Source: Synechococcales cyanobacterium (GTDB taxonomy: Bacteria; Cyanobacteriota; Cyanobacteriia; Leptolyngbyales; Leptolyngbyaceae). Taken from it: a stretch of DNA of 15,492 nt. Numbering within the stretch: position 1 is the stretch's first letter; the number at the start of each line of letters is the position of its first letter. Location of the stretch: contig JAYKGX010000423.1 of the NCBI GenBank assembly GCA_035285565.1, forward strand, positions 1 through 15,492, in the 5' to 3' direction. The position numbers were made by a program, and so were the translations under genes. The notes beneath the pieces were generated by a model that saw only the letters and a program-made list of their open reading frames with translations, was not told where the DNA came from and made no database searches. This document shows positions 14,429-15,492 of this stretch, piece by piece.

Positions 14429-14875
14429 TTAACTCACTTGTCGTTCCACGGTTGCCTCTAGCGCACTGGTTAGGTAATGACCTGCCATAATTCCACTAGA
14501 GAGGTAATAACGCTGATCGGCAATGCGGTAAAGTGTTTCAAAACCACTGCGGCGCTGCTTATCCCCCAAGGCCCAATAGCGTTGAATAATGGATTCTGGA
14601 GCAATCCAGCCTTCGCCCTCTACCCGCCCTAGATCACTATGCTGTAGCACAAAGGTATAGCGCCGATCGCCCATGTCAAATCGACCACGATACTGGAAGT
14701 CAATATTGGCTCGTTCGCTCTCGGGAAACACCAACCGCATGACCATGGTAAACCACTCATCCCGGCTCCAGTTGATTAGAATTTTTCCTTTGACAGGGAT
14801 TGGGTTACCATTGCGTTCCAGCCAGCTTCCCTGCAAAAGCCATATGCCAGGTTCCATGAGAAAGGTGTGGGTCAC
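14429..14875 (-). CDS. Hypothetical protein (148 aa)
   Basis: A clean ORF with a GTG start, or an ATG at 14848 (MEPGIW...). It is co-oriented with anmK upstream and is followed by a terminator-like hairpin. It has no family-defining motif I recognise. There is a weak resemblance to small beta-barrel (lipocalin/nitrobindin-like) proteins in LLQGSWLE. Confidence 0.5.
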   Translation of the reverse strand: MTHTFLMEPGIWLLQGSWLERNGNPIPVKGKILINWSRDEWFTMVMRLVFPESERANIDFQYRGRFDMGDRRYTFVLQHSDLGRVEGEGWIAPESIIQRYWALGDKQRRSGFETLYRIADQRYYLSSGIMAGHYLTSALEATVERQVS

Positions 14876-14930
14876 AATACGATCTCGCCTATCTAGACAT
14901 CACGGGAAACGATGCTGGCACGCTGAAAAT

Positions 14931-15492
14931 CTATACTACACAGAGAATTTCCCCTAAAAGCACGGTTTTCATCGCCCCCGTCACTTCTGGAAGATTACCA
15001 GGAATCGCCAATTTCCGCCAGTAGGCCAGCACAGCAAAGGCGATCGCTTCTTTGAAATCTCCATTGAGGCCCACTTCATCGGTAGTGCGCACTTGGGTTT
15101 GGGGGAGATGGGCTTGAATACGATGCCACAGATAGCGATTCCGGCTGCCACCCCCACAGAGTAAGACTTCCTGGGGTAATTGGGGTAAAAACTGACGGTA
15201 GCTGTTTGCGATCGTGGCGGCGGTGAGTTCCGTGAGGGTGGCGAGGATATCGGCATCGGAGAGTTGCAGTGCCTGGGCAGCTTGTAGACAATGATTGAGG
15301 TATTCCACTCCGAAACCTTCGCGTCCGGTGGATTTGGGGGGTGATTGCTGGAAAAAGGGATGTTGTAACCAATCGGCAATTAATTCTAAGTTAGGTTTGC
15401 CACTCGCAGCCCAAGCCCCATCGCAATCGTAGGTGAACTGCCCCTGGCTGAGGTGCTGCACGGCTAGATCGATTAAGACATTACCGGGTCCG
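14931..15492 (-). CDS. anmK: Anhydro-N-acetylmuramic acid kinase, C-terminal portion (5' end beyond the window)
   Basis: The translation continues to the window edge ([18 protein letters not shown]...). Motifs LLCGGGSRN and PKSTGRE and an AnmK-like C-terminus are present. The stop is at 14931. Confidence 0.85.
   Translation of the reverse strand, partial: GPGNVLIDLAVQHLSQGQFTYDCDGAWAASGKPNLELIADWLQHPFFQQSPPKSTGREGFGVEYLNHCLQAAQALQLSDADILATLTELTAATIANSYRQFLPQLPQEVLLCGGGSRNRYLWHRIQAHLPQTQVRTTDEVGLNGDFKEAIAFAVLAYWRKLAIPGNLPEVTGAMKTVLLGEILCVV

Noticed and set aside
1-15492. Searched for CRISPR arrays, transposase/IS elements and rRNA
   Set aside because: There are no regularly spaced repeats of 25-40 bp with unique spacers, no transposase-like ORF and no rRNA-like conserved stretches. 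The only tandem repeats are the 15-bp coding repeats in tatC and the short upstream direct repeats.

Overview
The window is a 15.5-kb, HIP1-rich segment that looks cyanobacterial: the octamer GCGATCGC occurs more than 20 times (for example at 195, 1263, 1991, 3487, 4073, 7648, 9071, 11650, 14202 and 15040). Positions 1-957 contain no convincing CDS but are dense in regulatory and structural signals. These are back-to-back terminator-like hairpins with mutually inverted U-runs, a candidate minus-strand sRNA (about 60-256), a plus-strand promoter fronted by direct repeats, and a roughly 134-nt nested palindrome. At 958-1456 there is a tight cluster of five tRNA-like genes on the plus strand. Only the first, tRNA-Asp(GUC), is fully canonical. 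The others are a Gln(UUG)-anticodon tRNA with A1-U72, two Leu-anticodon tRNAs (UAA and UAG) with short class-I variable arms (one also with an 8-nt T-loop), and a CAU-anticodon tRNA with a genomically encoded CCA. The spacers carry degenerate copies of tRNA arms and a recurring CTCCTGTCG motif. This resembles the accessory tRNA arrays I recall from some filamentous cyanobacteria, and it is the most unusual element in the window. Downstream is an ordinary housekeeping neighbourhood. On the plus strand: a SWIM zinc-finger protein, triosephosphate isomerase (tpiA), alanine racemase (alr), a hypothetical protein with a C39/papain-like Cys/His signature, TatC with an unusual N-terminal extension encoded by thirteen 15-bp tandem repeats, TsaC/YrdC and ClpP. 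On the minus strand: an HNH endonuclease, a flotillin/SPFH protein with direct-repeat arrays upstream, a DUF2949-like small protein, a Hanks-type Ser/Thr kinase with an unassigned C-terminal domain, a hypothetical 148-aa protein, and the 3' part of AnmK, which runs off the window end. No CRISPR array, transposase or rRNA was seen. ORF-track starts include GTG/TTG translated as M, so several starts were re-chosen by hand.
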